A DNA stretch of 64,000 bases, taken from Vulcanimicrobiota bacterium (GTDB lineage: Bacteria; Vulcanimicrobiota; Vulcanimicrobiia; Vulcanimicrobiales; Vulcanimicrobiaceae). Shown here piece by piece: positions 38,729 through 49,553 of the stretch. Where the stretch lies: positions 192,001-256,000 of the forward strand of contig OY968762.1 in assembly GCA_963695225.1 (NCBI GenBank), in the 5' to 3' direction. Both the position numbers and the translations under genes were made by a program. Within the stretch, counting starts at the first letter, position 1, and every line of letters begins with the position of its first letter. The notes below the pieces were generated by a model. The model was not told the DNA's origin. It ran no database searches and was given only the letters and a program-made list of their open reading frames with translations.

Positions 38729-39438
38729 TGGCCAAGCGTCCGGGGAAGAAGTATCGCGCGCTGGCGGCCTCGTTCGACCAGGCGAAGTTGTTCGGCGCCG
38801 CCGAAGCGGCCGCGCTCGTCAAGCAAAATGCGAAAGCGAAGTTCGACGAGACGGTCGAGATCCACGTGCGTCTCGGCGTCGACCCGAAGAAGAGCGATCA
38901 GAACGTACGCGGCACGGTCTTGCTACCGCACGGGACGGGCCGCAAAGTCCGCGTGATCGCGTTCGCGAAGGGCGACAAGGCCAAGGACGCGGCGGCCGCC
39001 GGTGCGGACGTCGTCGGCGAGATGGATCTCATCGACCGCGTGAAGGCCGGTTTCGCGGATTTCGACGTCTGCGTCGCGACGCCCGACATGATGGGCGCCG
39101 TCGGTTCGAACCTCGGCCGCATCCTCGCGCAGAAGATGCCGAATCCGAAATCGGGGACCGTCACGCCGAACATCGGCGCAGCGATCCGCGACATCAAGGC
39201 CGGTAAGGTCGAATACCGCCTCGACAAGTCGGGCATCGTGCACACGATCGTCGGGAAGGCGAGCTTCGGCGAAGAGCAACTCGTCGAGAACGTCGCGACG
39301 CTGCTCGACGCGCTCGTCCGCGCGAAACCCTCAGCGGCGAAGGGCACGTACCTGCGCAGCATTACGCTCGCGAGCACGATGGGCCCCGGCGTGAAGGTCG
39401 ATCCGACCCGCATCCGCCCGACCGCCGCTACGAGCTGA
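38728..39438 (+). CDS. rplA: 50S ribosomal protein L1
   Basis: [27 protein letters not shown]. Confidence 0.98.
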   Translation: MAKRPGKKYRALAASFDQAKLFGAAEAAALVKQNAKAKFDETVEIHVRLGVDPKKSDQNVRGTVLLPHGTGRKVRVIAFAKGDKAKDAAAAGADVVGEMDLIDRVKAGFADFDVCVATPDMMGAVGSNLGRILAQKMPNPKSGTVTPNIGAAIRDIKAGKVEYRLDKSGIVHTIVGKASFGEEQLVENVATLLDALVRAKPSAAKGTYLRSITLASTMGPGVKVDPTRIRPTAATS

Positions 39439-39502
39439 CGTTCGGCGGAAGGCGCGGCGCCAAATCATGCGGCTCGCCGGCGACGGCGGGCCGCATCTTC
39501 GT

Positions 39503-40747
39503 TTACGGCTCGGCGACCGCGCTCAGCGCTTCCGGCGAAGATTCGTGCAAGCGGTCCGCGTTGCGCAATTGCGGGAACAGCGCGGCCCAGGCAGCGACGA
39601 CGACGAGCGTGCCGATGCCGCCCGCCACGACGGACGTCACCGTTCCGAGCAGCGCCGCGAGCGCTCCTGATTCGAACGCGCCGAGCTCGTTCGACGCGCC
39701 GATGAAAACGTTCTCGGCTGCGTTGACGCGCCCGCGCATCGCGTCCGGCGTATTGTGCCGCAACAGCCCGACGCGAATCACGACGCTGACCATATCGCTG
39801 GCCCCGATCAGCGCCAGCATCGCGAGCGAAAGCGCCACGTTCCGTGACAGCGCGAAAACGAGCGTCGCCACACCGAACGTCGCAACCGCCGTCAGCAGCA
39901 GCGCCCCGATGCGCCGCTCCGGCGGGCGGCGCGCAAACCAGAGCGCCGCGAGTGCGGCCCCGGCGGCCGGTGCGCTGCGCAGAAACCCAAGCCCGACGGG
40001 GCCGACCCGTAAGATCTCGTCCGCATAGATCGGCAAGATCGCGGTGACCCCGCCGAAGAGCACCGCGAACAGATCGAGCGAGATCGCCCCTAGGATGATC
40101 GGCCGCCGCAGGATGAAGCGAACCCCTTCGAGCGCCGAGGCCATCGTCGGCGCTCCGTCCTCGTGCACCGGCCGTTCCACCCGCAAGAACGCGAACGCAC
40201 CGGCAGCGAGCACGAGCAGCGCCCCGCTGACGCCGAACGCCACCGGCGTCCCGAACGCAACCAACACCCCGCCGAGCGCCGGCCCACCGATCACGGTGAG
40301 TTCGCGCGCCGACGAATACAACGCCGTTCCGCGCATGAAAGCACTCGCCGGCAGGATGCTCGGAAGCAACGTCCGCTCGGCGGGCGCCGTGAACGCCCGG
40401 GCGATCCCGATGACGGCGAGCACCGCGAGGAACGCGGGCACTTGCCGCTCCCCCTCAGCCACCAGCGCGACGAATGCGAACGACCCGAGCGCCTCCGTAG
40501 AGATTCCGAGCGTGACGATCCGCGTGCGATCGTACCGGTCGGCGGCCACTCCGGCGGGGAGCGAGAGAACGAATGTAGGCAGAAAGAGCACGAGCCCGAC
40601 AAGGCCGAGATCGAGCGCGCGATGATCGAGCGAGAAGATGTGCCAACCGATCGCGACGCCCTGGATCTGGACCGCGCAATCGCCGAACAGCGCCCCGAAA
40701 AAGAAGCGGCGGTATTTTGGATCGGCGAAAACCGGCAGGCCTTGCAG
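39503..40747 (-). CDS. MFS transporter (EntS/macrolide-efflux-like)
   Basis: AGVAADRYDR, LDLFAVLFGG, PDAMRGRV; the frame extends upstream of the track start to a CTG at 40747. Confidence 0.9.
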   Translation of the reverse strand: MQGLPVFADPKYRRFFFGALFGDCAVQIQGVAIGWHIFSLDHRALDLGLVGLVLFLPTFVLSLPAGVAADRYDRTRIVTLGISTEALGSFAFVALVAEGERQVPAFLAVLAVIGIARAFTAPAERTLLPSILPASAFMRGTALYSSARELTVIGGPALGGVLVAFGTPVAFGVSGALLVLAAGAFAFLRVERPVHEDGAPTMASALEGVRFILRRPIILGAISLDLFAVLFGGVTAILPIYADEILRVGPVGLGFLRSAPAAGAALAALWFARRPPERRIGALLLTAVATFGVATLVFALSRNVALSLAMLALIGASDMVSVVIRVGLLRHNTPDAMRGRVNAAENVFIGASNELGAFESGALAALLGTVTSVVAGGIGTLVVVAAWAALFPQLRNADRLHESSPEALSAVAEP

Positions 40748-40881
40748 AGTCGAGTCTCCATGCTCGCCGGGCCGGAGGAGTGCACGGCTGAGAGAAACAC
40801 GCGGCTCCTCTCTTAGAGGCGCCGATCCCTCCCAACAGGAAGCCGGGCAGCCGTTTCCACTTGCCCGCGGGAATGCGCGGT

Positions 40882-40910
40882 TTGACGTCCGCGCGGCGCC
40901 GTGTTAGCAT
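40882..40910 (+). promoter_or_regulatory. Sigma-70 promoter of the leader peptide/DUF4395 unit
   Basis: TTGACG-17 bp-TAGCAT, ATG 7 nt downstream. Confidence 0.7.
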
Positions 40911-40917
40911 CCCCGCA

Positions 40918-40992
40918 ATGTCCCAAGCCTTCGCATCGCCGGAGAATCGCTGTCGCCCTTCGCGAAGACGGGAGAGGCATTTTTCCGTGTGA
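40918..40992 (+). CDS. Putative leaderless leader peptide MSQAFASPENRCRPSRRRERHFSV
   Basis: ATG at the predicted TSS; contains the antiterminator strand; ends 26 nt before the terminator. Confidence 0.6.
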   Translation: MSQAFASPENRCRPSRRRERHFSV

Positions 40993-41018
40993 CGCGTCGG
41001 CGCCGCATCGAACTCCGC

Positions 41019-41054
41019 GAGCCCTCTCCCGCATAGCAGAGGGCTCTTTCATTT
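41019..41054 (+). terminator. Attenuator-type intrinsic terminator
   Basis: GAGCCCTCT-N10-AGAGGGCTC followed by TTTCATTT, just upstream of an AGGAG RBS. Confidence 0.75.
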
Positions 41055-41070
41055 CCAGGAGTGTTCCATC

Positions 41071-41520
41071 GTGTCCGCACAAGCCGATCCGCCCCAGGGG
41101 TGCGGCGACATCCCGCTTCCGATCGTCAAGCTCAACCGCTGGGCGATCGTCATTACGGTCGTAACGGCGCTTGCGCTGCGTCAGCCGCTGCTGACGACCG
41201 CGCTGTTCTTGGTCATCGCTTCGGCGGCCGTCTTCGGGTCGCGCGGAAGCCTGATCTACTTCATCGGCTCGCGCGTCTTCGCGCGGCAAAACGCCTCGGC
41301 CGAAACCGAGGACCGGCGCATGATGCGGTTCAACAACTCGCTGGCGGCGATCATGCTAGGCGTCGCGCAAATCGGTTTTCTCGCGCGCTTGCCGCTGCTC
41401 GGGTGGACGTTTTCCATCCTTCCTGCGCTCGCCGCGATCGTGGCGCTCAGCGGGTTCTGCTTCGGCTGCTTCTTGTACTACCGTTACAAGCTCGAGCGCT
41501 ACCGGCTGTTCGGCAGCTGA
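41071..41520 (+). CDS. DUF4395-family membrane protein
   Basis: EDRRMMRF, GFCFGCFLYY (CxxC) motif, 4 TMs. Confidence 0.8.
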   Translation: MSAQADPPQGCGDIPLPIVKLNRWAIVITVVTALALRQPLLTTALFLVIASAAVFGSRGSLIYFIGSRVFARQNASAETEDRRMMRFNNSLAAIMLGVAQIGFLARLPLLGWTFSILPALAAIVALSGFCFGCFLYYRYKLERYRLFGS

Positions 41521-41763
41521 GCCCGGCGAGCCGCGGCGGCCCTTGGTTTGCGGGCTACCTCGCGGGGGCGCTTGCGGGCTGGCAGCCCCGGGGCCCGAGC
41601 CGACCGCCCGATGCCATAGAGCGCGCGCTCAAAGCAGCAAGGCTGCCGTTCGCGACGGAGCCGGAAACCTTCTTGACAAGCGACGCTCCGCGCTGCAGGG
41701 CCGGATCCTAGGCAGCGATCGCCCCGAAGTGCCTTGCCGGGCACCTTCGGGGTCTTCAGGCGT

Positions 41764-41945
41764 TTGACGCGACCCCGTGCATGCTGTACTATGAGCGACG
41801 GCTCTGATGACCGTAGGTCCGCCGCCAGGCGGGTAATGCGCGAGCGCCTACCGAGGATGCGCGATCACGATCGAAACGGTTCCGCGTGCGCGGGACGGTG
41901 CGGTAGTCGGCGCTCATCGAACGATTGGAGCGCCCTTTCTTTTTT
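41764..41945 (+). promoter_or_regulatory. rplJ promoter and L10-leader RNA with terminator
   Basis: TTGACG-17-TACTAT; GACCGTAGGT...TAA...CCTACCGAGG core; GGCGCTC/GAGCGCC hairpin plus T-run at 41909-41945. Confidence 0.8.
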
Positions 41946-41962
41946 CCGAAGAAAGTCCACGA

Positions 41963-42511
41963 ATGCCCACCGCCAAGAAACAAGTCACGATCGACGAGCT
42001 GCGCGAGCGGCTCGCCGGTTCGAAGAACCTGTTCTTCACGAACTACGCGGGCCTGACCGTCGAACACATCACGAAGCTCCGCAACGCGCTTCGCAAAGAC
42101 GGCAGCACCTACGCGGTCGTGAAGAACACGCTGTTCTCGATTGCCGCGGGCGAAGAGCTCGCCAAGCAATTCGACCAGCATCTCGCCGGCCCCACGGCCG
42201 TCGTGTTCGCGGGCGACGATCCCGTCTCGCCCGCCAAGGCCCTCAAGAAGTTCTCCGACGACGTTCGCGGGATCGACGTCAAAGCGGCGTTCATCGACGG
42301 GAAGCTCATCGATGCGTCGCAGGTCGCCGTTCTCGCGGCGATGCCGCCCAAAGCAGAGCTCCAAGCCAAAGTCCTCGGCCTGCTCACGAGCCCCACGCGC
42401 GGCCTCGTCACGGTCCTGGGGGCGAACCGCGGCGGTTTCGTCCGCGTCCTCGATGCTCGCGCGAAGCAACTCGCCGAGACCTCAACTTCAGCCCAAGCCT
42501 TAGGAGAATAG
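41963..42511 (+). CDS. rplJ: 50S ribosomal protein L10
   Basis: YAGLTV, VVKNTL, LAGPTA. Confidence 0.96.
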   Translation: MPTAKKQVTIDELRERLAGSKNLFFTNYAGLTVEHITKLRNALRKDGSTYAVVKNTLFSIAAGEELAKQFDQHLAGPTAVVFAGDDPVSPAKALKKFSDDVRGIDVKAAFIDGKLIDASQVAVLAAMPPKAELQAKVLGLLTSPTRGLVTVLGANRGGFVRVLDARAKQLAETSTSAQALGE

Positions 42512-42518
42512 CACCATC

Positions 42519-42890
42519 ATGGCAGTTGCCGATCTGATCGAACAAGTCGAAAAACTCACCGTTCTCGAGCTGAACGAACTCGTCAAGGCCCTCGAAGAGA
42601 AGTGGGGCGTCAGCGCCGCGGCACCCGTCGCGGTCGCAGCGGGCCCGGCGGCCGCAGCCGCGGCACCGGTCGCGGAGCAGACCGAGTTCGATGCGATCCT
42701 CACCGATTTCGGTGCGGAGAAGATCAAGGTCATCAAGGTCGTTCGCGAACTGACCTCGCTCGGTCTGACCGAAGCGAAGGCGTTCGTCGAGAGCGCCCCC
42801 AAGGCGATCAAGACCGGGATCCCCAAGGCCGATGCCGAGGCGATCAAAGCGAAGCTGGCGGAAGTCGGCGCGAAGGTCGAGATCAAGTAA
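42519..42890 (+). CDS. rplL: 50S ribosomal protein L7/L12
   Basis: [29 protein letters not shown]. Confidence 0.98.
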   Translation: MAVADLIEQVEKLTVLELNELVKALEEKWGVSAAAPVAVAAGPAAAAAAPVAEQTEFDAILTDFGAEKIKVIKVVRELTSLGLTEAKAFVESAPKAIKTGIPKADAEAIKAKLAEVGAKVEIK

Positions 42891-42966
42891 GAGCCGCCGC
42901 GCGCTCGCGCGCGCACGGAACGTTCGAGCCCCGCGGCGAGTGCCCGGGGCTCGATTCGTTCTGTGC

Positions 42967-43854
42967 TCAGTTCGTGGCCGCGGGGTCCGGCGCGTACTCT
43001 CCGGTCGTCGTCTTCGCCGGCTCCTTCGGCAACGGCGTGGCGGCGCCGGCGGGATGTTCGTCGTATTCGTGCGAGACGATCTGCGGAAGCGGCGTCCCGG
43101 AATGGACGTCGCTCGAGAAGCGGCCGAAACGCTGCGGATTCTGCGCGAAGTGGTTCTCCAGATCGGCGATCCGGTGATCGTCGCGCGGGTGGTCGGAGAG
43201 CATCTCCATCGATCCCTTGCCCGTCCCGGCCTTTTCGAAGCGGTCGAAGAGCCAGATCATCCCGTAGGGGTTGAAACCCGCTTGCGCGCAGGTGTCGGAG
43301 CCCTTGAGATCTGCCGCCGTCTCGACCGGGCGCGAGAAGCTCAGCGACTGGATGTTCGCGGCCATGTTGATCGCGAGGTTCGTGAGACCGCCCTGGCCGC
43401 GCCCTAGGAGCAGTTCCAACAGCGTCGCGCCGATCGCGACGTTCTGCTGCTTCTTCATGATGTTGACGACGTCGTGGTGGATGTCGTGCGAGGTCTCGTG
43501 GCAGAGAACGCCCGCGAGTTCTTCCTTCGTCTTGACGAATTGCATCAGCGAATCCGTAACGTAGACGTTTCCGCCGGGGACGGCGAACGCGTTCGGCTGC
43601 TTTTCGTGTACCAGGATGAACTTGAACGGGTACTCGTATTGCGGATCGGCGACGGCCTTGATGCGCGTCGCGATCGGGTTGAGCACGTCGTAGAGCGGCG
43701 AATGCGAGATGATCTCGCCCTTCTTGGAGAGTTCGGAGTAGACTTGGTCGCCGATCTGCTTTTCCTGATCCTCGGCGAGTGCCGGGCCGCTTGCTCGGCA
43801 GCAGAGCGCGGCGACGAGCGCGAGCGCGGTCACGAAAGCGGCTGGACGCGTCAT
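42967..43854 (-). CDS. M48 family metallopeptidase
   Basis: PNAFAVPGG, ELAGVLCHETSH, FSR..E..AD, SDHP. Confidence 0.92.
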   Translation of the reverse strand: MTRPAAFVTALALVAALCCRASGPALAEDQEKQIGDQVYSELSKKGEIISHSPLYDVLNPIATRIKAVADPQYEYPFKFILVHEKQPNAFAVPGGNVYVTDSLMQFVKTKEELAGVLCHETSHDIHHDVVNIMKKQQNVAIGATLLELLLGRGQGGLTNLAINMAANIQSLSFSRPVETAADLKGSDTCAQAGFNPYGMIWLFDRFEKAGTGKGSMEMLSDHPRDDHRIADLENHFAQNPQRFGRFSSDVHSGTPLPQIVSHEYDEHPAGAATPLPKEPAKTTTGEYAPDPAATN

Positions 43855-44008
43855 CTACGAGATTTCCTCCGTCCCCGGAAACGCAATTCGCGCGGGATTC
43901 GTTCACGCTCGGCGAGAGCGCCTTCCGCGAGCCGCGCGCGCGTGTCTGCCGGGCACGGGCCCCCCGGCGGCGCGCAGCGAAGGGATGCCGGCCTCGAGAG
44001 GAGCCCAA

Positions 44009-44908
44009 ATGCTCGCAAACGTTGCACTCGGTTTCGTCGGCGTGGGGCGCATGGGCGCGAACATCGCGCGCCGGCTTCACGAGGCGGGGTATCCGGTCTC
44101 GGCGATCTACGATGCAGATCGCGGCGCGGCCGATGCGCTCGCGCGCGAACTCGGAACGCGTTCGACGGACTCCCTCGCCGCGGTGACCGAACGCTCCGAG
44201 ATCGTGCTGACGGTCGTCAGCGACGACGCCGCGATGCGCCGGATCTTCGCCGCCGAGGGGGACACGCTGTTCGCCGGTGCGCGGGGGCGCACGTTCGTCA
44301 ACTGTGCGACCGTCTCGCCGCAGGTGCACGTCGAGATCGAGCGCCTCGCGGCCGCCCGGGGCGCGGCGACGCTCGAAGCGTGCATGGCGAGTTCGATCCC
44401 TCAGGCTCGCGCCGGGACGCTCTACCTGATGGTCGGCGGCGACGCGGCGGCGTTCGAACGGGTCCGTCCGCTGCTCGAGCAGATGAGCGCGCGACTGCGC
44501 TACATCGGGCCTGCCGGATCGGCCGCGCAGGTGAAAGCGCTCGTCAACATGGTGATGAACGTCAATACGGCCGGACTGGCGGAGGGCCTCGGTTTAGGCG
44601 AAGCGCTCGGCCTCGATTTGTCGATGCTGCGCGAGGTCTTCTCCGAGACGGGCGCGGCCTCGCGCGTCCTCGAGACGGACGGCGCCGATATGCAAGCACG
44701 CGAGCACGAGTGTTACTTCTCGGCCGCGCACGCTGCGAAGGATTCGGGGATCGCGCTCGCTCTCGCCGCTGACGCCGGCCTCGAGCTGCCGCTCGCGGCG
44801 GCGGCAAAGAGCCAGTTCGAGCGCATGGTCGAGCTAGGCCTCGGCGGCCTCGACAAATCGGGCGTCGCGGAGTTGACGTTCCGTTCGCGATCCGCCGCGC
44901 GCTCGTAA
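44009..44908 (+). CDS. NAD(P)-dependent 3-hydroxyisobutyrate dehydrogenase-family oxidoreductase
   Basis: GFVGVGRMG, MVGG, VKALVN, AKD. Confidence 0.9.
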   Translation: MLANVALGFVGVGRMGANIARRLHEAGYPVSAIYDADRGAADALARELGTRSTDSLAAVTERSEIVLTVVSDDAAMRRIFAAEGDTLFAGARGRTFVNCATVSPQVHVEIERLAAARGAATLEACMASSIPQARAGTLYLMVGGDAAAFERVRPLLEQMSARLRYIGPAGSAAQVKALVNMVMNVNTAGLAEGLGLGEALGLDLSMLREVFSETGAASRVLETDGADMQAREHECYFSAAHAAKDSGIALALAADAGLELPLAAAAKSQFERMVELGLGGLDKSGVAELTFRSRSAARS

Positions 44909-44924
44909 GACGCCGTCACGAACG

Positions 44925-44955
44925 AGGGGCGCCGCGCGATGCGCGACGCCCCTTT
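44925..44955. terminator. GC-rich hairpin between convergent genes
   Basis: AGGGGCG.CGCGC-GAT-GCGCG.CGCCCCT then TT. Confidence 0.55.
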
Positions 44956-44999
44956 GCGGTCGATGAACTCGGAAACGTCCGCCCTTTCGGGCGATCCGG

Positions 45000-47144
45000 T
45001 TAATGCACGAGGAAGCCGACGAGCAAGAGTGCGACGATGTTCAGCACCTTGATCATCGGATTGATCGCGGGGCCGGCCGTATCCTTATACGGGTCGCCGA
45101 CGGTGTCGCCCGTGACGGCGGCGGCGTGCGCCGGCGAGCCTTTCCCGCCGAAGTGGCCGTCCTCGATGTACTTCTTTGCGTTGTCCCAGGCGCCGCCGCC
45201 GCTCGTCATCGAGATGGCGAGGAACAACCCGGTGACGATCGCGCCGACGAGCGCGCCGCCCATCATCTGCGCGCCCGCCGCTCCGGCCAAGACGCCGGTG
45301 ACGGAAAGGGCCACGATGATGACGGGAATGCCGATCGGGATGAGCGCGGGGAGGATCATTTCCTTGAGCGCCGCGCGCGTCACGATGTCGACCGTCGTAC
45401 CGTAGTCGGGCTTCTGCGTTCCCTTCATGATGCCCGGCATCTCGCGGAATTGACGGCGAACTTCCTCGACGACGGCGCCGCCCGCGCGGCCTACCGATTC
45501 CATCGAGAGGGATGCGAACAGATACGGGGCGAGGCCGCCGATCAACAATCCCGCGATCACGTACGGCTCGCCGATGTTGAACGAGAAGTGGTTTGCGGCG
45601 CCGCTGCACGCGGCGCTTGCGGTGGCGTCGCACTTGTCGTTGAGCTCTTGCAGGAACGAAGCGAAGAGCACGACGGCCGCGAGGCCCGCCGAGCCGATCG
45701 CGTACCCTTTCGTGACGGCCTTCGTCGTGTTGCCGACCGCATCGAGCGGGTCGGTCACGGCGCGCACGCTCGCCGGCATCTCCGCCATCTCGGCGATGCC
45801 GCCCGCGTTGTCCGTGATGGGGCCGAAGGAGTCGATCGCGACGATGATGCCCGCCATCGAGAGCATCGACATGACGGCGATCGCGACGCCGTACAAGCCC
45901 GCGAACTTGAACGAAACGAGGATGCCGGCGACGATCACGAGCGCGGGCAGCGCCGTCGCCTGCATCGAGACCGCGAGGCCGCTGATCATGTTCGTGGCGT
46001 GCCCGGTCGTGGAAGCTTGTGCGATGCGCTTCACCGGCGAAAACTGCGTACCCGTATAGTACTCGGTGATGTACGTTATCAAGCCCGTGATGACGAGCCC
46101 GACGAGCGAGCATACGAAAATGGCCATCGCGCTGACCGTCTGACCGGACTTCAGCGTGGTCGCCGTGCCGAACTGCGCTTGCGCCGCAAAGTAGAAGCCC
46201 ACCGCCGAAATGACCGCGGCGACGATCAACCCGGCGTAGAGCGCGTTCATGATCGAACCCTTCGGGTTGCTCATGCGCACGAAGAACGTTCCGATGATCG
46301 AGGCGACGATCGAAATCGCGCCTAGGACGAGCGGGAACGTCACGCCGCCGGCAAAATCCGCCGGCAAGACCAGATGCCCGAGCAGCATCGCGGCGACCGT
46401 GGTGACGACGTACGTCTCGAACAAGTCGGCCGCCATGCCGGCGCAGTCGCCGACGTTGTCGCCGACGTTGTCGGCGATGACGGCGGGGTTACGCGGATCG
46501 TCTTCCGGGATCCCCGCTTCGACCTTTCCGACGAGGTCGGCGCCGACGTCGGCCGCCTTCGTGAAGATGCCGCCGCCGAGACGAGCGAACACCGAGATCA
46601 GGGAGCATCCGAACGCGAGGCCGACGAGCGCTCCGAGCGATCTCGACTCGTCGCCGCCGTTGACGTTTTGCATGATCGCGTAGTAGCCGCTGACGGCGAA
46701 CAACCCGAGGCCGACGACGAGCAAACCGGTGATCGCGCCGCCGCGAAACGCGAGCGCGAGTGCCGGTGCGAGTCCGCCGCGCCCCGCTTCCGCCGTGCGC
46801 ACGTTCGCGCGCACCGAAACGATCATGCCGATGAAGCCGGCCGCGCCCGAGAGGACGGAGCCGATCAGAAAACCGAACGCGGCTTCCCAACCGAGCGGCG
46901 CCGGCGCGAAACCGATCGCTAAGAACAAAACCGCCGCGACGATCGCGACGGTCGAATATTGGCGCTTGAGAAACGCCATCGCGCCTTCTTGAATCGCGCG
47001 CGCGATTTCTTGCATCCGTTCGTTGCCTGCCGGTTGGCGCAACACCCATGACGTGAGAACACCGCCGTAGATGATGGCCAACAGTCCGGCAACGAGTCCG
47101 AGGACGACACCGGTCTGAGCACTGATCCCGAGCTGAGTAGGCAC
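45000..47144 (-). CDS. hppA: Membrane-bound proton-translocating pyrophosphatase (K+-independent signature)
   Basis: [41 protein letters not shown] (Lys), [10 protein letters not shown]. Confidence 0.96.
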   Translation of the reverse strand: MPTQLGISAQTGVVLGLVAGLLAIIYGGVLTSWVLRQPAGNERMQEIARAIQEGAMAFLKRQYSTVAIVAAVLFLAIGFAPAPLGWEAAFGFLIGSVLSGAAGFIGMIVSVRANVRTAEAGRGGLAPALALAFRGGAITGLLVVGLGLFAVSGYYAIMQNVNGGDESRSLGALVGLAFGCSLISVFARLGGGIFTKAADVGADLVGKVEAGIPEDDPRNPAVIADNVGDNVGDCAGMAADLFETYVVTTVAAMLLGHLVLPADFAGGVTFPLVLGAISIVASIIGTFFVRMSNPKGSIMNALYAGLIVAAVISAVGFYFAAQAQFGTATTLKSGQTVSAMAIFVCSLVGLVITGLITYITEYYTGTQFSPVKRIAQASTTGHATNMISGLAVSMQATALPALVIVAGILVSFKFAGLYGVAIAVMSMLSMAGIIVAIDSFGPITDNAGGIAEMAEMPASVRAVTDPLDAVGNTTKAVTKGYAIGSAGLAAVVLFASFLQELNDKCDATASAACSGAANHFSFNIGEPYVIAGLLIGGLAPYLFASLSMESVGRAGGAVVEEVRRQFREMPGIMKGTQKPDYGTTVDIVTRAALKEMILPALIPIGIPVIIVALSVTGVLAGAAGAQMMGGALVGAIVTGLFLAISMTSGGGAWDNAKKYIEDGHFGGKGSPAHAAAVTGDTVGDPYKDTAGPAINPMIKVLNIVALLLVGFLVH

Positions 47145-47306
47145 GAGGTAACCTTCCCGTTCTTGCAGGGCATAAGAACACCCCGCGCATCGCAGCCGGG
47201 GCAGTTGACCCGGACCTATTTGCGAGCCTTACACGAGTCCCTTTCCTAGGCGGGCGGCTGGCGCGCGAGGAAGGCTTGCCACGGAACGCGCGAAGATGGG
47301 TTTTGC

Positions 47307-48503
47307 ATGGAGGAAGTCGAGTTCTTGGTCGTCGGCTGCGGGCCGGCGGGGGGGATCGCGGCTCGCGAGGCGGCGCGTTCCGGGGTAGAGACGCTCGTCC
47401 TCGAACGGGACCCGGTCGTCGGGGCGAAGCGCGTCTGCGCCGCGGGGTTGCGCCCGGGGTTTTGCGCCGACTTCGACTTGCCCCCGTCGATCGTCCACTG
47501 CAACCCGACGGTCCTGGCGGCCTTCGGCCTCGCCGGCCGCCGCTACGACTTTCCGATCGGGAAGAGCCAGACCACCACGCGCGAGGAACTGGACGGGACG
47601 ATCGGCGCGCTCGCCATGGCCGAGGGAGCGACGTTGCGGACGCGCGCGCTGTTCCGTTCGCTCGAGCGCGACGGGGCGCGCACGATCGTCGAATACGCGG
47701 ATCTCGCCACCGGAGAGCGCAGGCGGGTCCGGGCGGGCGGCGTCTTTCTGGCGCCGGGTTCCAGCGTTCGCCTCGACGAGCAGGGTCCGCTAGGGTATCC
47801 GGGGTGGAGGGACGGTCTTGTGACCTGCCTCCAATATCGCGTCTATCTGGAGCGGCCGGCCGTCCCCGCGGCGTACGAGGCGCTCGAGATGTACTATTAC
47901 CGCTCGCCGTTCGGCCGCAACATCATCGGCTGGATGTTCCCGAAACGCGACCACCTCTCGATCGGCCTAGGCGTCGGGGCGAAGATCGACGGCAAGGAGC
48001 TTCGGGTCGAGCTGGACGCCCTCTTGGCCCGCGTGCGGACGCGCCTGTTCCCTAGCATAGGCTACACGCTGCGCGAGGAAGGGAACCTGCTCTACGGCGG
48101 CAAGCCGCGCCCGAGGATCGCCGACGGGAACGTCATGATCGGCGGGACGGCCGCCGGCCTCGTCGACGCGACGACCGGGGAGGGGATCCACGAAGCGGCC
48201 ACTTCCGGACGCTTCGCCGCCCAGGCGATGGCCGAGTTCAAACGGGGCGGGAACGCCTCGCCGGCGCTCGCCTACGAGCACTGGACGAAGCGCGCGTTCT
48301 ACGGCCGGCTGTTGCACCGCTACAAGTTGATCACGTTCCTCGAGCGGCGGCCGAAGCTCTACGACGTGCTCTTCGAGCAGATCGCGAAGGAACGCAGGCT
48401 CTGCGAGCTGCTGCAGCGCGACCGGAACGACTTCTCGTTCTCGGAATGGCTCTATCTCTACGTTCAGGCCGCGCTGTTCAGCGCGAAGGCCCTGCGCGCC
48501 TGA
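47307..48503 (+). CDS. Geranylgeranyl reductase-family FAD oxidoreductase
   Basis: VVGCGPAG, GWMFPK, AAGLVDATTGEGI. Confidence 0.88.
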   Translation: MEEVEFLVVGCGPAGGIAAREAARSGVETLVLERDPVVGAKRVCAAGLRPGFCADFDLPPSIVHCNPTVLAAFGLAGRRYDFPIGKSQTTTREELDGTIGALAMAEGATLRTRALFRSLERDGARTIVEYADLATGERRRVRAGGVFLAPGSSVRLDEQGPLGYPGWRDGLVTCLQYRVYLERPAVPAAYEALEMYYYRSPFGRNIIGWMFPKRDHLSIGLGVGAKIDGKELRVELDALLARVRTRLFPSIGYTLREEGNLLYGGKPRPRIADGNVMIGGTAAGLVDATTGEGIHEAATSGRFAAQAMAEFKRGGNASPALAYEHWTKRAFYGRLLHRYKLITFLERRPKLYDVLFEQIAKERRLCELLQRDRNDFSFSEWLYLYVQAALFSAKALRA

Positions 48504-49522
48504 TGGGGACGTTCGTCGCGCGGCGGCTCCTACGCTTGGCGATGGTCCTCGCGGCCGTCACGCTCGGCACGTTCGCGTTCACGCACTTGATCCCGGGGGA
48601 TCCCGCGGCGTTGCGGCTCGGCGAGCACGCCTCGCCCGAGGAGGTCGCGAACCTGCGGGCGGCGCTCGGACTCGACCGGCCCTGGTACGTTCAGTTGTGG
48701 GTTTACGTCCGGCACGTGCTCGGCGGGGACCTCGGCCGCTCGGTCGTCGATACGCAACCGGTCGCCCAGAAGCTTGGCCAGTACTTTCCGGCCACCGTCG
48801 AGCTGACGCTCGGGGCGCTGCTCGTGGCGATCGTCCTCGGGCTCCCGGCCGGGATCATCGCGGCGGTGCGGCAGCGGACTGCACTCGACCGGTTGACGAT
48901 GACGGGCGTCCTCCTCGGCGTCTCGATCCCGGTCTTCTGGCTCGGCTGGATGCTCGTCTATCTCCTCGCCGTGATCCCAAGCCACTTCGGCCTGAACCTG
49001 TTTCCGATCTCCGGACGTATCTCGCTCTCGTACTACGTACCGGCACGTACGCACTTGATCGTCCTCGACGCGCTGCTCGCGGGGAACGTCCGTGCCGCTC
49101 TCGACGCGCTCTGGCACCTGGTCTTGCCGGCCCTCACGCTCGGGACGATACCGCTCGCGATCATCGCGAAGATCACGCGGAGCGGGATGCTCGAGGTGCT
49201 CCGCAGCGATTACATCCGGACGGCGCGCGCCAAGGGGCTCGACGAGCGCGCCGTCGTCGTGCGGCACGGCCTGCGGAACGCCGCGATCCCGATTCTGACG
49301 GTGATCGGGCTGCAGACGGGTTTGCTGCTCGGCGGCGCGGTCCTCACCGAGCACATCTTCGCATGGCCCGGCGTGGGCAGGCTCGCCTTCGATGCGATCT
49401 CGAACCGCGACATGCCGGTCATCAACGGTTGCATCCTGCTCTTCGCGACGGTCTTCGTCGTTGTGAACACCGCGGTGGACGTGCTCTATGCTTTGGCCAA
49501 CCCGCGGATCCGCTACGGATAG
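48503..49522 (+). CDS. Peptide/nickel ABC transporter permease (DppB-like)
   Basis: IPGDPA, GDLGRS, DYIRTARAKGL, FAWPGVG. Confidence 0.93.
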   Translation: MGTFVARRLLRLAMVLAAVTLGTFAFTHLIPGDPAALRLGEHASPEEVANLRAALGLDRPWYVQLWVYVRHVLGGDLGRSVVDTQPVAQKLGQYFPATVELTLGALLVAIVLGLPAGIIAAVRQRTALDRLTMTGVLLGVSIPVFWLGWMLVYLLAVIPSHFGLNLFPISGRISLSYYVPARTHLIVLDALLAGNVRAALDALWHLVLPALTLGTIPLAIIAKITRSGMLEVLRSDYIRTARAKGLDERAVVVRHGLRNAAIPILTVIGLQTGLLLGGAVLTEHIFAWPGVGRLAFDAISNRDMPVINGCILLFATVFVVVNTAVDVLYALANPRIRYG

Positions 49523-49553
49523 GCCGTAGGTCGGAAGGGCCCGGGAGCCGGGT

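Noticed and set aside
47145..47240. Na+ or other riboswitch upstream of hppA
   Set aside because: Only two short hairpins; no consensus I can confirm, and the enzyme has the K+-independent H+-PPase signature
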